Virus record (IMG/VR): IMGVR_UViG_3300008255_000176
Span: 1 to 47,923 of that record
DNA from: a virus
Taxonomy: Duplodnaviria; Caudoviricetes
Length of the DNA stretch: 47,923 nt
Strand: one strand, 5' to 3'
Shown here: one piece after another, positions 16,949 to 25,968 of the stretch
Numbering within the stretch: the stretch's first letter is position 1
Layout of the letters: every line of letters starts with the position of its first letter
Made by a program: the position numbers and the translations under genes
The notes under the pieces: generated by a model
Database searches by the model: none
What the model was told of the DNA's origin: nothing
What the model saw: the letters and a program-made list of their open reading frames with translations, nothing else

Positions 16949-18347
16949 CCTGATTGCATTCGACCGCGAAATCGCAAAGGAGTCATTCGCCGAATACGTT
17001 AAGATGGCGTGGCCCGTGCTGGAGCCTACCTCCGAGCTGAAATGGGGCTGGTCGCTTGATGCTATTTGCGAACACCTGGAAGCGGTCACACGCGGGGAGA
17101 TCCTGCGACTGCTCATGAACGTGCCACCGGGCTGCATGAAGAGCCTGCTCACTGGCGTACTGTGGCCCTCGTGGGAATGGGGGCCCAAGGGTCTGCCCGG
17201 TATGCGCTATCTGGGCACAGCACACAAACAAGACTTGGCGGTGCGGGACAACCTGAAAGCGCGACGCTTGATTCAGTCTGCATGGTATCAGCAACGCTGG
17301 CCCATCAAGCTAACAGGCGACCAGAACGCCAAGACCAAGTTCGAGAACGATAGCACTGGCTTCCGCGAGGCAATGGCCTTCGGGTCGATGACTGGTTCGC
17401 GGGGTGATCGGGTGCTGCTGGACGATCCGTTGTCCGTGGATCATGCGAATAGCGACGCTGATCTCAAGTCCGCTGAAATCACATTCACTGAAGCACTGCC
17501 GACGCGGGTGAATAACGACGAGTCAGCAATCGTGGTCATCATGCAGCGGCTCAATGAAAAGGACACGTCGGGCATCATCATCAAACGTGACCTCGGTTAT
17601 ACGCACCTCTGTCTCCCGATGCGCTTCGAAGCGGAGCGTCGCTGTGTAACTAGCATTGGCTTCCGTGATCCACGCGAACAAGACGGCGAACTGCTATTCC
17701 CTGAACGGTTTCCTGAAGCAACGGTCAAGGCGCTTGAAAAGACCATGGGCAGCTATGCAGCGGCCGGGCAGTTGCAGCAACGCCCCGCTCCACGCGAGGG
17801 CGGCATGTTCAAGAAAGCATGGTTCCCGATTGTGCGTGCAATCCCTGCTGGCACCAAGTTCGTCCGCGGATGGGACTTGGCAGCAACGGAGGGAGCTGGT
17901 GACTGGACTGCTGGCGTTAAGATTGGACGTCAAAAGAACGGTCGCTTCCTCATTGCCAATGTCGTGCGAGATCGGAAGTCTGCTGCTGGTGTGGAGCGCC
18001 TGCTGGTCAATACAGCAAGCCAGGACGGTTACACGACGGAAATATCCCTACCACAAGATCCAGGCCAGGCGGGGAAACAGCAGGCGTCATACTACATTGG
18101 AAAGCTCGCCGGTTACACTGCCCACGCTACAACTGAGTCTGGCGATAAGGAAACCCGAGCCAACCCGCTGTCCGCACAAGCCGAAGCCGGCAATGTGGAT
18201 ATCCTGGAGGGTGATTGGAATGACGATTTCCTTGACGAATTGTGTGTGTTCCCGAACGGGGAGCACGACGACCAAGTTGATGGAGCCTCACGCGCCTTCA
18301 ACACATTGGCACTAGGCAGTCAATTTGATCTGGAAGCAATGACTTGA
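16938..18347 (+). CDS. terL: Terminase large subunit
   Basis: NVPPGCMKS Walker A variant, LLDDP, IMQRL, YAAAGQLQQRP, WDLA, HDDQVD nuclease motif. Confidence 0.95.
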   Translation: MLPDLIAFDREIAKESFAEYVKMAWPVLEPTSELKWGWSLDAICEHLEAVTRGEILRLLMNVPPGCMKSLLTGVLWPSWEWGPKGLPGMRYLGTAHKQDLAVRDNLKARRLIQSAWYQQRWPIKLTGDQNAKTKFENDSTGFREAMAFGSMTGSRGDRVLLDDPLSVDHANSDADLKSAEITFTEALPTRVNNDESAIVVIMQRLNEKDTSGIIIKRDLGYTHLCLPMRFEAERRCVTSIGFRDPREQDGELLFPERFPEATVKALEKTMGSYAAAGQLQQRPAPREGGMFKKAWFPIVRAIPAGTKFVRGWDLAATEGAGDWTAGVKIGRQKNGRFLIANVVRDRKSAAGVERLLVNTASQDGYTTEISLPQDPGQAGKQQASYYIGKLAGYTAHATTESGDKETRANPLSAQAEAGNVDILEGDWNDDFLDELCVFPNGEHDDQVDGASRAFNTLALGSQFDLEAMT

Positions 18348-18357
18348 TGAGGGTACT

Positions 18358-19728
18358 ATGAGCGAACAACAGGCACCAGCCACACGGGACGACGGCCCGT
18401 ATGAAAACGTCTTCCTGAACGTGGGCACCAAGAACGACCGCACTGCATACACGCGAGCGGTCACGCCCCGCCTGCTGCAATATGGCGAGCTAGAGGGTCT
18501 GTACGAGGGTGACGGATTTGCACGCCGCATCGTTGATCTTCCCTCCGAGGAAATGGTGCGGGCAGGCTATTGTCTGGAGGGTGTGGAAGACGATGGTGAA
18601 GTGCTTGCCGAGTTGGAGAACATTGCCGCTCAGGAAAAGCTGTGTGACGCGCTGCGCTGGAGTGCGCTTTACGGCGGCTCCATTGTGGTCATGCTGATCA
18701 ATGACGGTGGCACGCTGGAAGATCCGCTCAACGTCGAGAATGCGAAGTCGCTTGAGCAGTTGCGCGTCTATGACCGTTGGCAAGTTACGCATCACCAGAA
18801 GTATCTTGATCCGAACGACATGCGTTTCGGCAAGACTCAACTCTACATGGTGTCGCCCATCGAGGGAACTCCCTACACCGTCCATGAGTCACGCTGCCTT
18901 GTGTTTGATGGAACCCCTGTACCTGACCGTATCCGCGAACGGAATGACGGATGGGGCGCCAGCAAGCTGCAACAGTGTTATGACCAGCTGACGCGCTTCG
19001 GCATGTCCCATTATTGGGCGAACCAGTTGCTTGAGCGTGCCCAGCAGGCAATCCACGGCATCCCCGAGCTCACAAACCTGCTCCGCAGCCCGGGCGGGGA
19101 AGCACTGGTCAAGAAGCGCGTCGATCTGGTTGATATGACCCGTTCGATCAATAACACGATCGTCATTGACGCGGTTGAAACCTACGACCTCAAGAGCACT
19201 GCGCTTTCGGGCGTTGCGGACATTGTGGATCGCCTGGGGCTCGCTTTGAGTGCTGTCACTGGCATACCTGAGTCCCTGCTCTTTGGCCGGCAGCAAGGCG
19301 GTTTAAACAGCACGGGCAAAAGCGATCTGGAAAACTGGTACGCCAAAGTCGGGCAAGACCAGAACACTATCCTTCTGCCTCAGCTCGACAAGTTGGTGAC
19401 GGTGCAGCTCCACGTCATGGGGAAATACACTGACGACTATCTCATCAAGTTCCACCCGCTGTCTGTGCCGTCCAAGAAGGAAACTGCTGAGACCGATTAC
19501 AAGCGGGCGCAGACGTTCGAGATCCTTAACAACATCGGCGCACTGGATGCGAGCGAGATTCGCAAGATGCTTCCGGACGAGGGTTACGACATTGAAAGTC
19601 CTGACGAACTTCCGGAAGGCACTATGACCGCCGAGGAAGCTGCCAAGGAAGAGGCTGACCTAGCAGCGCAGGCCACACTCACAAAGACTGCTCCGAATGG
19701 CACAGAAAAAGACGTTCAACAATCCTGA
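18358..19728 (+). CDS. Portal protein (DUF1073-like)
   Basis: Follows terL; ARRIVD.P.EEM.R, GIP...LFG...GGLN.TG.SDLENWY. Confidence 0.9.
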   Translation: MSEQQAPATRDDGPYENVFLNVGTKNDRTAYTRAVTPRLLQYGELEGLYEGDGFARRIVDLPSEEMVRAGYCLEGVEDDGEVLAELENIAAQEKLCDALRWSALYGGSIVVMLINDGGTLEDPLNVENAKSLEQLRVYDRWQVTHHQKYLDPNDMRFGKTQLYMVSPIEGTPYTVHESRCLVFDGTPVPDRIRERNDGWGASKLQQCYDQLTRFGMSHYWANQLLERAQQAIHGIPELTNLLRSPGGEALVKKRVDLVDMTRSINNTIVIDAVETYDLKSTALSGVADIVDRLGLALSAVTGIPESLLFGRQQGGLNSTGKSDLENWYAKVGQDQNTILLPQLDKLVTVQLHVMGKYTDDYLIKFHPLSVPSKKETAETDYKRAQTFEILNNIGALDASEIRKMLPDEGYDIESPDELPEGTMTAEEAAKEEADLAAQATLTKTAPNGTEKDVQQS

Positions 19729-20506
19729 CAGTCATGAGCGCGAATACACGCGCCTTCTGCTGAGATACTCGAAGCAGTTGCAGGCGGACGTGAATCGCGT
19801 TCTTATTCCGCGTCTGGATGACATTGCACTTCAGTACAAGGTAGAGTCACGAACGGATAGCTGGATTGACACGCTCGACGCGCTAATGGTGGAGCTTGCG
19901 CGACTGGCCCTGACTGCGCTGGGCAGTGTGGTCACCAGATTGCCTGGGCAGTTCAACGCGGTCAGCAAGTTCAACGAGGGTCAGTTCAAGCTGGTTGTGA
20001 AAGCAAACACCGGGCTGACGCTGCCCCCTGTGATGCCCGGTGCGCCTTCGAGTTCCATCCTTGGCGTGAATGTATTCCGCAGCGAACCGTTCTTGAAACC
20101 GCTTGCCGAAGGTTGGATCAGCGAGAATACCGCACTCATCAAATCCTTACCGACACGTCTGCATCCCGAGCTGGAAGGTATCATTCGACGCGGTGTAATG
20201 AACGGGCAGTCCGTCAAGGAACTCAAGGAACAAATCAAGGCCCGCTACGGTGTCAGCGATTACCGCGCCAAGCTCATTGCACAAGACCAGACTTTGAAGT
20301 TGAATGCTGACCTTACACGCTACCGCCTGCAGAGTGTTGGTGTGGAGCAGTACATATGGCGCAGCGTGCAGGACAGCCGCGTAAGGCCCGAGCACGCTGA
20401 CCGCAACGGGGACACCTACACCTGGAAAGAGGGTGCGGGCGGTGAGCACCCTGGACAGCCTGTGCGCTGCCGGTGTAGGGCTGAAGCAGTGTGGGACGAA
20501 ACTTGA
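19697..20506 (+). CDS. Head morphogenesis protein (SPP1 gp7 / Mu F-like)
   Basis: RAKLIAQDQ, YIWRSVQDSRVRPEH, PGQPVRCRC. Confidence 0.9.
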   Translation: MAQKKTFNNPDSHEREYTRLLLRYSKQLQADVNRVLIPRLDDIALQYKVESRTDSWIDTLDALMVELARLALTALGSVVTRLPGQFNAVSKFNEGQFKLVVKANTGLTLPPVMPGAPSSSILGVNVFRSEPFLKPLAEGWISENTALIKSLPTRLHPELEGIIRRGVMNGQSVKELKEQIKARYGVSDYRAKLIAQDQTLKLNADLTRYRLQSVGVEQYIWRSVQDSRVRPEHADRNGDTYTWKEGAGGEHPGQPVRCRCRAEAVWDET

Positions 20507-20519
20507 TGAATCAAGGGCT

Positions 20520-20548
20520 TTGCAATATGAATCAACCCCGCATATACT
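20520..20548 (+). promoter_or_regulatory. Promoter TTGCAA-17-TATACT, 7 nt upstream of ATG 20556
   Basis: Near-consensus promoter; no SD between it and the ATG. Confidence 0.7.
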
Positions 20549-20555
20549 CCTGACC

Positions 20556-21644
20556 ATGGAAGCGATCCGATATGACCGTACAGCAATCAAAGCCACTCGC
20601 ACTGACGAGGGGTATTTGATTGACACGCCGATCGTAGGCCGCACTGGCATTCAGATGTATAAGAACGCCGACGGCACGATCCGACGCGAATTGCGTCCGC
20701 CCGAGGAAGTATTCAAGGCGGATTCTCTTGCAACGTATGCTGGCAAGCCCATCACCGATGAGCATCCAGGCGAACCTGTTACAGCGAAGAACGCCAAGCG
20801 GCTTTCTGTTGGTGTAATGCAGGAGGCCGGAAAGCAGGACGGTGACAATGTGGTTGCACCAATTACCATCTTCGATCAAGAGATGATCGACAAAGTAATG
20901 AAGGGCGGCAAGCGCGAGCTGTCGCTGGGCTACAAGGTCGATCTTGAAGAGACGCCTGGCGTGTGGAACGGCCAGGAATATGATGCGGTCCAGCGTAACA
21001 TCCGGGTCAATCATCTTGCAATCGTTCCGCGGGGTCGTGCGGGTAATGCACGCCTCAATCTTGATCGGCATGATGCCGTTTTATTCAACCCTGAAGAGGA
21101 AAATGCTATGCCTGAGAATCTGAGCCGTATTCGGCTGGATAGCGGCCTGGAATATCAGGCTGCTCCCGAAGTCGTTGTCGAAGTTGAAAAACTTCGCGGC
21201 GACAAAGCCGAGCTGACCACGCGAGCCGACGCGCTGCAAAAGCAACTCGACACCGTCGCTGCTGAACGTGACACCCTGAAATCGCAAGTGGAATCCACCG
21301 ACAAGGTGCGCTCCGACGCTCTTGCTGCTGCCCGTGCTGAAGTTAAAGCACGCGCCGAGCTGGACAAGGTCGCTGAAGCGTTCAAGGTCGATGGCGCTGG
21401 CAAGACTGACCGCGAGGTCAAGGAGCTGGTGATCAAGTCCGTGCGTACTGACGCTGACTTGACTGGCAAGTCGGAAGACTATGTCAATGCAGCGTTCGAC
21501 CTCACGGTGTCCATGAAGAACGACGTCGCGATGGCCGCGCAACGCCAAGCCGGTGCCCCCCGTAACGACGGCAAGGATGACAAGTCCGAAGCCGGCAGCT
21601 ACAAGGGCTTCATGTCTCAACTCGGTAACAAGGAGCAGAAATAA
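20556..21644 (+). CDS. Prohead protease/scaffold (DUF2213-like)
   Basis: GKPITDEHP, ELSLGY, NHLAIVPRGRAG, coiled-coil C-terminal half. Confidence 0.88.
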   Translation: MEAIRYDRTAIKATRTDEGYLIDTPIVGRTGIQMYKNADGTIRRELRPPEEVFKADSLATYAGKPITDEHPGEPVTAKNAKRLSVGVMQEAGKQDGDNVVAPITIFDQEMIDKVMKGGKRELSLGYKVDLEETPGVWNGQEYDAVQRNIRVNHLAIVPRGRAGNARLNLDRHDAVLFNPEEENAMPENLSRIRLDSGLEYQAAPEVVVEVEKLRGDKAELTTRADALQKQLDTVAAERDTLKSQVESTDKVRSDALAAARAEVKARAELDKVAEAFKVDGAGKTDREVKELVIKSVRTDADLTGKSEDYVNAAFDLTVSMKNDVAMAAQRQAGAPRNDGKDDKSEAGSYKGFMSQLGNKEQK

Positions 21645-22096
21645 TGCAAACCACAATCAGCCAATACGGCGCCGCGGCATTCAAGGGGATGCTGGACGGC
21701 ATCGGTCCGCGTAGCGTCAGCAGCTTTGCCGCTGAAGAAGCGATCCCGGTAGCCTACCCCGTCAAGCTCGGCACCAACAAGGAAGCCGAAGTCCTCAAAG
21801 CCACGGCGGGTGCAGGTGTGGTCGGTTTCGCGATGCACGATTACGCTCGCGTCCAGGATTCCAGCGGCGTTGTGCAGTACGCACAATATGAAACCGTCAG
21901 CGTCCTGAAAGCTGGCCGCATGTGGGTCGAAACGACTGATGCTGTCGTTGCTGGTGCTACTGCGAACCTCACGGTCGCAACCGGCAAGCTGACCGACGAA
22001 GCTGTCGCAGCTGGCATTGAAGCCTTTACGCAAATCAGCGTGAAGTTCGTAACCGGCACGACCGGAGCAGGTCTGGCCATCGTGGAGATCAAGTAA
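21644..22096 (+). CDS. Capsid decoration/cement protein
   Basis: 150-aa beta-rich ORF between scaffold and major capsid genes. Confidence 0.7.
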   Translation: MQTTISQYGAAAFKGMLDGIGPRSVSSFAAEEAIPVAYPVKLGTNKEAEVLKATAGAGVVGFAMHDYARVQDSSGVVQYAQYETVSVLKAGRMWVETTDAVVAGATANLTVATGKLTDEAVAAGIEAFTQISVKFVTGTTGAGLAIVEIK

Positions 22097-22097
22097 C

Positions 22098-23063
22098 ATG
22101 AACAAAGATCAGATGAAGTACGACGAAGCTGACCTCCGCGTCATCCAGAACACTGGTCGCTTCGACGCAAACGAGAGCATCTTCTTCGCTCGCCAACTGG
22201 AGTTCGTCAAGTCGCAGACTTATGACATCAAGCGGGTCGCCCTCAGCGCCCTGGTCCTGATGCCTGTCTCGACCGCGATCCCCGAAGGTGCAACGACTCA
22301 CACCTACCGCCAGTTCGACAGCGTGGGCATGGCCAAGGTCATTGCCAACTACGCCAACGACCTGCCCCGCGCTGATGTGACCGGCAAGGAATTCACCAAT
22401 CCGATTCGTTCGATTGGCAACGCCTACGGCTACAACGTGCAGGAAATTCGTTCGGCCATGTTTGCCGGTGTCAATCTGAACGGCAAGAAGGCGATGGCTG
22501 CAACTCGCGCACACCAAGAAAAGATCAACCAGCTTGCATTCGCTGGCGACGCTGATCACGGTCTGCCGGGCCTGCTGTCCAACACCAACATCCCGGAAGT
22601 GACTCTGGCTGCTGACGGTACTGGTTCGTCCAAGGCCTTCTCCACCAAGACCGCTGACAAGATCGTTCGTGACGTCAATGCGCTGATCAACAAGGTGATC
22701 ACTCAGTCCAAGGGTGTGCATCGCGTGAATCAAGTGTGGTTGCCGATCGAGCAGTATGCCCTGATCGCTACCACGCAGAACAGCACGGCCAGCGACACGA
22801 CCATTCTGGAGTTCTTGCAGAAGAACCATCCGGGCGTCGAGTTCAAGCAGGTTGTCGAAATGGATGCGGCTGGTGCAGGCGGTGCAGACCGTATGTACGC
22901 CATGGAAAACTCCATGGAAAACTGGCAGCTTGAAATTCCGATGATGATGAAGCAGTACAGCCCGCAGCAGAAGGGCCTGGAGTTCGAAGTGCCTGTCGAG
23001 AGCCGCTTCGCTGGTGTGATCATTGAGTATCCGCTGGCCTTTGCGTTCGCAGACGGTATCTAA
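22098..23063 (+). CDS. Major capsid protein (DUF2184-like)
   Basis: FFARQLE, DLPRADV, AF.GD...GL.GLL..NI; strongly biased codons; followed by hairpin. Confidence 0.9.
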   Translation: MNKDQMKYDEADLRVIQNTGRFDANESIFFARQLEFVKSQTYDIKRVALSALVLMPVSTAIPEGATTHTYRQFDSVGMAKVIANYANDLPRADVTGKEFTNPIRSIGNAYGYNVQEIRSAMFAGVNLNGKKAMAATRAHQEKINQLAFAGDADHGLPGLLSNTNIPEVTLAADGTGSSKAFSTKTADKIVRDVNALINKVITQSKGVHRVNQVWLPIEQYALIATTQNSTASDTTILEFLQKNHPGVEFKQVVEMDAAGAGGADRMYAMENSMENWQLEIPMMMKQYSPQQKGLEFEVPVESRFAGVIIEYPLAFAFADGI

Positions 23064-23067
23064 GTAA

Positions 23068-23099
23068 AATAGAGGGGCTGGTTCGCCAGTCCCTCTATT
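23068..23099 (+). terminator. Stable hairpin (TTCG loop) after major capsid gene
   Basis: AATAGAGGGGCTGG-TTCG-CCAGTCCCTCTATT; weak U-tract. Confidence 0.65.
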
Positions 23100-23116
23100 C
23101 ACTTCAGGAGATTCAA

Positions 23117-23341
23117 ATGAAAGTCAAGAACGTATCCGCACGCCTGCATCATGTGGGCAATGTTTCCATCGCTCCGGGCGAGGAAAAGGACATTCCGAAG
23201 GGCTTCGAAGCGTCCATCAACAAGGCTGAACTTGTTGAAGTGAAAGCTGCACCTGCTCCGGCTGCGAAACCCGCTGCTCCGAAGCCGGGCACACCCGTTG
23301 CCCCTGTGGCTCCTGCTGCACCTGCTCCGGCTGCTGAGTAA
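23117..23341 (+). CDS. Small virion-associated protein with Pro/Ala-rich tail
   Basis: GGAG RBS; TAATG coupling to next gene. Confidence 0.75.
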   Translation: MKVKNVSARLHHVGNVSIAPGEEKDIPKGFEASINKAELVEVKAAPAPAAKPAAPKPGTPVAPVAPAAPAPAAE

Positions 23342-23706
23342 TGACCGAGCTCGAGTATTTCCGGCTCCTGGCGCCAGAGTTTGCCAGCGTTGCTGACGCA
23401 ACGGTGAATCAATGGCTGTCAGTTGCTGGAAACCTCGTGAATGTCGGCAGCTTGGACACCGAGCGGGCAGCAATGGCGCGGGCGCTGTACGCCGCGCACA
23501 TGCTGTCCCTTACCACACGCTCGGGCCAAGGTGGCGCCGCGGCCCTGGGGCCCGTTACCAGCGAGAAAGAAGGGGATCTGCAACGTAGCTATGGCGGGAT
23601 GAAGGGTGGCGACACCGTTTTAGGCTCTACGACCTACGGTCAGCAGTACCTTGACGTCACGCGGGCCTGCTTTGGTTCGGCGATTATGACTCGGGGCAGT
23701 TCGTAA
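23341..23706 (+). CDS. Head-tail adaptor (DUF4054-like)
   Basis: FR...PEF, LY.AH.L, ST.YGQQY pattern. Confidence 0.8.
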   Translation: MTELEYFRLLAPEFASVADATVNQWLSVAGNLVNVGSLDTERAAMARALYAAHMLSLTTRSGQGGAAALGPVTSEKEGDLQRSYGGMKGGDTVLGSTTYGQQYLDVTRACFGSAIMTRGSS

Positions 23707-24164
23707 TGGCGGCCGTCAAGGATATCGACCGGGGCTGGAACAACATCGTTCGTGAGCTTGAGAAAGCCAAGGGGATGGAAGTTGCGGTCGGTATTCTTGA
23801 GGGTTCCCAGAACGAAGGTGAAAGCATAGCTGAATATGCCACCTACAATGAATTCGGAACAGACGATGTTCCCTCCCGTCCGTTCATGGCGACATCGTTC
23901 GACGAGAACGTGGCGGAAATTGATGCCGACTTCAAGCGCCAGGCTGGCGCGATGGTCGAAGGGAAGCGCACAGCAAACCAGGCACTGACCGTGATCGGGC
24001 AGAAGCACGCTGGACGCATCCAGAACACAATCACGGGGCGGAACTTCCTTCCCCGCTTGGCACCGAGCACGATTGCTGCCAAGAAAGGTTCAACGAAGAC
24101 GCTGGTGGATACTGGTGCAATGGCAAACGCTGTGCAAATCAGCATTCGAGGGCGCCGTCCATGA
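23706..24164 (+). CDS. Neck/tail completion protein
   Basis: A.YNEFGT..VPSRPFM, LAPSTIAAKKGS.K.LVDTG. Confidence 0.75.
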   Translation: MAAVKDIDRGWNNIVRELEKAKGMEVAVGILEGSQNEGESIAEYATYNEFGTDDVPSRPFMATSFDENVAEIDADFKRQAGAMVEGKRTANQALTVIGQKHAGRIQNTITGRNFLPRLAPSTIAAKKGSTKTLVDTGAMANAVQISIRGRRP

Positions 24165-24547
24165 GCAGCTTCCGCAAACAGAAAGACGTCCTGCGCGAAG
24201 CGGTGGGCGCTTATACGAATGGCGTGTGGGCTGCTGGCTCGCGCACTGCATTGACCACAATGGCGTCGGCGCAAGCTGTGGTCATGGGGCAAGATCTGCA
24301 CGCGCTTCCCGAAGGGCGTCATCTGTCGGACTTCATAAAGCTCTACACCAGCGACCGCTTGAAAGTGACCGCGGACGGTGAGGGTGTGCAGCCTGATATC
24401 ATTGTCCATGAGGGCTATGGATACGAACTCGTCAGCATCTTTACGAACCAGTCAGGGGTGATTAATCACTTCAAGTACATTGGCGCAAAGGTGTTCAAAT
24501 TCACAACGACCGCTGACTGGCTGTCAGGCACATTGAAGAGGCCCTAA
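24161..24547 (+). CDS. Head closure protein
   Basis: G.Y.NG.W, L..LPEG.R pattern; position in neck module. Confidence 0.7.
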   Translation: MSSFRKQKDVLREAVGAYTNGVWAAGSRTALTTMASAQAVVMGQDLHALPEGRHLSDFIKLYTSDRLKVTADGEGVQPDIIVHEGYGYELVSIFTNQSGVINHFKYIGAKVFKFTTTADWLSGTLKRP

Positions 24548-25219
24548 ATGGCAAGCAATATAAACGTGGCTGTCCCTGTATTCGGAAAAGCAACGACGGC
24601 AAGTGTGCGCCAGAATTTCGTTCATGCAAAAGCAGAAATAGAGGCTCTGCAGACAGGGAAACTGAATGCTACTGCCCAAGACGAGATTAATGCGCTCAAG
24701 TTGGCAAATGTCCTTCGCCTTGGGAATATCAATGAAACTGTTGAAGTCTTTCAGCGTTGCACAACAAATGACGTCGGACAGGTTGTTCAATTTAATACTC
24801 AACTATTCAACAGCCACACTGACGTTTTTGAGTGGGACATTCTTAACAATGAAATTGTCATCAAGAAGGCTGGCTGGTATAGCTGGATGCTGAGTTTTCA
24901 TGTTGTGCGTAAGATAGGAACTGGAGCTGTGGATTGGACGCTTTGGGCTCAGACTAAAGAACCTCCCGCTGGAACTTTCAGTAATTTCCCAGGAAGCGGG
25001 CGTCGGCTAAGTCTTGCAGCGGACGAAGCAAATGGTAAGGCGTTCCAATCACTGGGGTTTGCGGTTCACACTCCTGTAGATAATACTCGGGTTCGTTTCA
25101 TGCACGCCTGCACAGATGTCACGAAAGATGTGGGGTTAATTAGTTACCCCGCTTCTGGGAGTTACCCTTCTATCGCAGGGGTCATGCTTAGTATTCATCA
25201 AATTAATTTGGAGCCTTGA
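24548..25219 (+). CDS. Hypothetical low-GC protein, possibly neck fibre/decoration
   Basis: N-terminal short coiled coil then beta-rich domain; AT-richer than flanks. Confidence 0.7.
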   Translation: MASNINVAVPVFGKATTASVRQNFVHAKAEIEALQTGKLNATAQDEINALKLANVLRLGNINETVEVFQRCTTNDVGQVVQFNTQLFNSHTDVFEWDILNNEIVIKKAGWYSWMLSFHVVRKIGTGAVDWTLWAQTKEPPAGTFSNFPGSGRRLSLAADEANGKAFQSLGFAVHTPVDNTRVRFMHACTDVTKDVGLISYPASGSYPSIAGVMLSIHQINLEP

Positions 25220-25220
25220 T

Positions 25221-25403
25221 ATGCCTGCAAAAGTCATTGAATGCACCTTGAACGGTGTTAAGGGTTTCAAAGCGGAGGGTGGCAAGTGCCATATTGGCCC
25301 CGCTGCGAAAGAGAAAGCCACTGCACAGATGCAAGCGATCAATATCAGCGTTGGCCGCAAAGAAGGTGCAGCCTGGGCCAAGAAACTTCCGGTTAAGAAA
25401 TGA
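25221..25403 (+). CDS. Small basic hypothetical protein
   Basis: 60 aa, GGAG RBS, ATGA overlap downstream. Confidence 0.65.
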   Translation: MPAKVIECTLNGVKGFKAEGGKCHIGPAAKEKATAQMQAINISVGRKEGAAWAKKLPVKK

Positions 25404-25939
25404 CTGTAAAAGCTACCCTCTACACGCTGGTGAAGGCGCTCATTGGTGCGGAGACGCTGGTCTTTGCAGACCAGAACGCACCGCGTCCCCCGCTGCCGTA
25501 TTGGACGATCCGCCTTGCTGCACAGCGAGCAGTGGGAGAAGACGCCTACAGCCAAGGTGTAGATGCCAATGGCGACCAGACGGTCAGCGGTGTGCGGGAG
25601 ATCACGGTACAGGTGCAACGCTTCGGGCCTGATTCTGACGTTGCTTGCGCTGATCTGCGCGACAACTTGTCCCGCACGACTGTCAGCGAAGCATGGCAGG
25701 TTGAAAAGATTGCGCTGTACGATGTTGGAGATGTACTCAACGTCCCGTACAAGCTAGACAATTCGCAACTGGAACCCCGCGCCAGTGTGGATCTGTTTGT
25801 TCGGTTTGGCACGGAACTTCTGGACCGTGTGGGCTGGATCGACACCGTTGAAACTTCTGCAGGCTACGTCACCAATCAGACTCCAGGGTTTGATGAGACG
25901 AATCCCGATCTGGCGGAAGTCATCACGGTTGTGTTATAG
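25400..25939 (+). CDS. Tail terminator / neck protein
   Basis: ADQNAPRPPLPY motif; directly precedes sheath. Confidence 0.7.
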   Translation: MTVKATLYTLVKALIGAETLVFADQNAPRPPLPYWTIRLAAQRAVGEDAYSQGVDANGDQTVSGVREITVQVQRFGPDSDVACADLRDNLSRTTVSEAWQVEKIALYDVGDVLNVPYKLDNSQLEPRASVDLFVRFGTELLDRVGWIDTVETSAGYVTNQTPGFDETNPDLAEVITVVL

Positions 25940-25968
25940 TGGGCTTGATTTGATATAAGGAGTTTTCG

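Noticed and set aside
18358-19728. DUF1073-type protein could be labelled anti-CBASS Acb1 by automated pipelines
   Set aside because: Size and position between terL and head morphogenesis gene identify it as the portal
23240-23340. GCTGCACCTGCTCCGGCTGC direct repeats
   Set aside because: Simply encode the Pro/Ala tail of the 74-aa protein
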